From the IMG/VR virus record IMGVR_UViG_3300017963_000205: a DNA stretch of 64,000 bases; one strand, given 5' to 3'. The first letter of the stretch is position 1; each line of letters starts with the position of its first letter. Origin of the DNA: an uncultured virus (IMG/VR IMGVR_UViG_3300017963_000205). Lineage: Duplodnaviria; Heunggongvirae; Uroviricota; Caudoviricetes. A program made the translations under genes and the position numbers. The notes below the pieces were generated by a model. It searched no databases and was not told the DNA's origin. It saw only the letters and a program-made list of their open reading frames with translations. Shown one piece after another: positions 63,501 through 64,000 of this stretch.

Positions 63501-64000
63501 GTACGGCTTCTACGACCATAATGACAACATTGCCTATCCGCTGGTGACGGATGGGGATCTGTCCCTGTCGGGCGGCGGCGTGCTGCCCAAGCGTGGGATG
63601 GTGGATGCCGGCTTCATGTTGGGCCTGGACAGCCAGTTTGTACCAGCAACCCATAACGTGACGCTGTACTCCGTGACACGCTCCGGGTCCACCCTGTTCT
63701 TCGACTTTCGATCCGACGCGCCGGGGCTATCAGGGTATCGGTGGCTCTTCGAGACGCCCATAAGCGCCGAGAGTGGCTGCATTATTGAGGTGGACGCCAC
63801 GCCGGTGCCGTCGGGAAGCGCAGACAGCGGGCGCGGTAGTGGCTTTCTGGTTATCGGGGATCTGTCCGAATTGGTGGCTCTCGGCGGCGGCGTACACCAG
63901 CTTTCCGACCCGCCGGCTGTCGAGCCCGCCCTTCTGCAGTCGCTGGTGAACACCTTCACGCGCTCCTTCAACGTTGCCAATCAGGCGCGGCGCTGTCCGC
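63493..64000 (+). CDS. baseplate/fibre paralogue 5 (partial, runs off the window)
   Basis: Read manually: ATG 63493, MPEYGFYDHNDNIAYPL...MVDAGF..., frame open to the window end. Confidence 0.6.
   Translation, partial: MPEYGFYDHNDNIAYPLVTDGDLSLSGGGVLPKRGMVDAGFMLGLDSQFVPATHNVTLYSVTRSGSTLFFDFRSDAPGLSGYRWLFETPISAESGCIIEVDATPVPSGSADSGRGSGFLVIGDLSELVALGGGVHQLSDPPAVEPALLQSLVNTFTRSFNVANQARRCP

Noticed and set aside
1..64000. tRNA/rRNA genes, integrase, transposase, terminase, portal, reverse transcriptase (DGR), alternative genetic code
   Set aside because: None recognisable; intergenic gaps are too short for RNA genes, and genes end normally in TAA, TAG and TGA at high coding density, so there is no sign of stop-codon reassignment

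Overview
GC-rich, densely coding window with every credible gene on the + strand. It reads as the virion-morphogenesis and transcription region of a large contractile-tailed (myovirus-like, probably jumbo) phage. In order: collagen/YadA-like fibre and a sulfotransferase; a block of putative internal-head proteins around a phage multisubunit RNA polymerase (beta fused to the N-half of beta', with the beta' C-half as a separate gene); prohead protease, scaffold, decoration and major capsid protein; neck proteins; sheath and tube; spike/hub; a tail chaperone with a -1 frameshift; a sigma-70-family factor; baseplate genes; and five tandem paralogous Cys-rich baseplate/fibre proteins. The most striking pattern is a candidate two-code virion-addressing system. 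(1) Head-associated proteins are full of K-x-A motifs and often start with a short leader ending (F/Y)L(I/L)K(Q/E)A. These motifs also bracket accessory enzyme domains: a HAD phosphatase and a 2H phosphoesterase inserted inside the RNAP beta subunit, a nucleotidyltransferase plus ART-like pair, and a DUF5661-like module. This suggests protease-released, virion-delivered cargo. (2) Exterior neck/tail/fibre proteins instead carry mixed-codon poly-serine tracts. A dispersed GGAA-N4-TTCCGAAAT palindrome and sigma70-like promoters ahead of structural genes were also seen. All functional calls come from motif recognition and gene order only; no database search was run.
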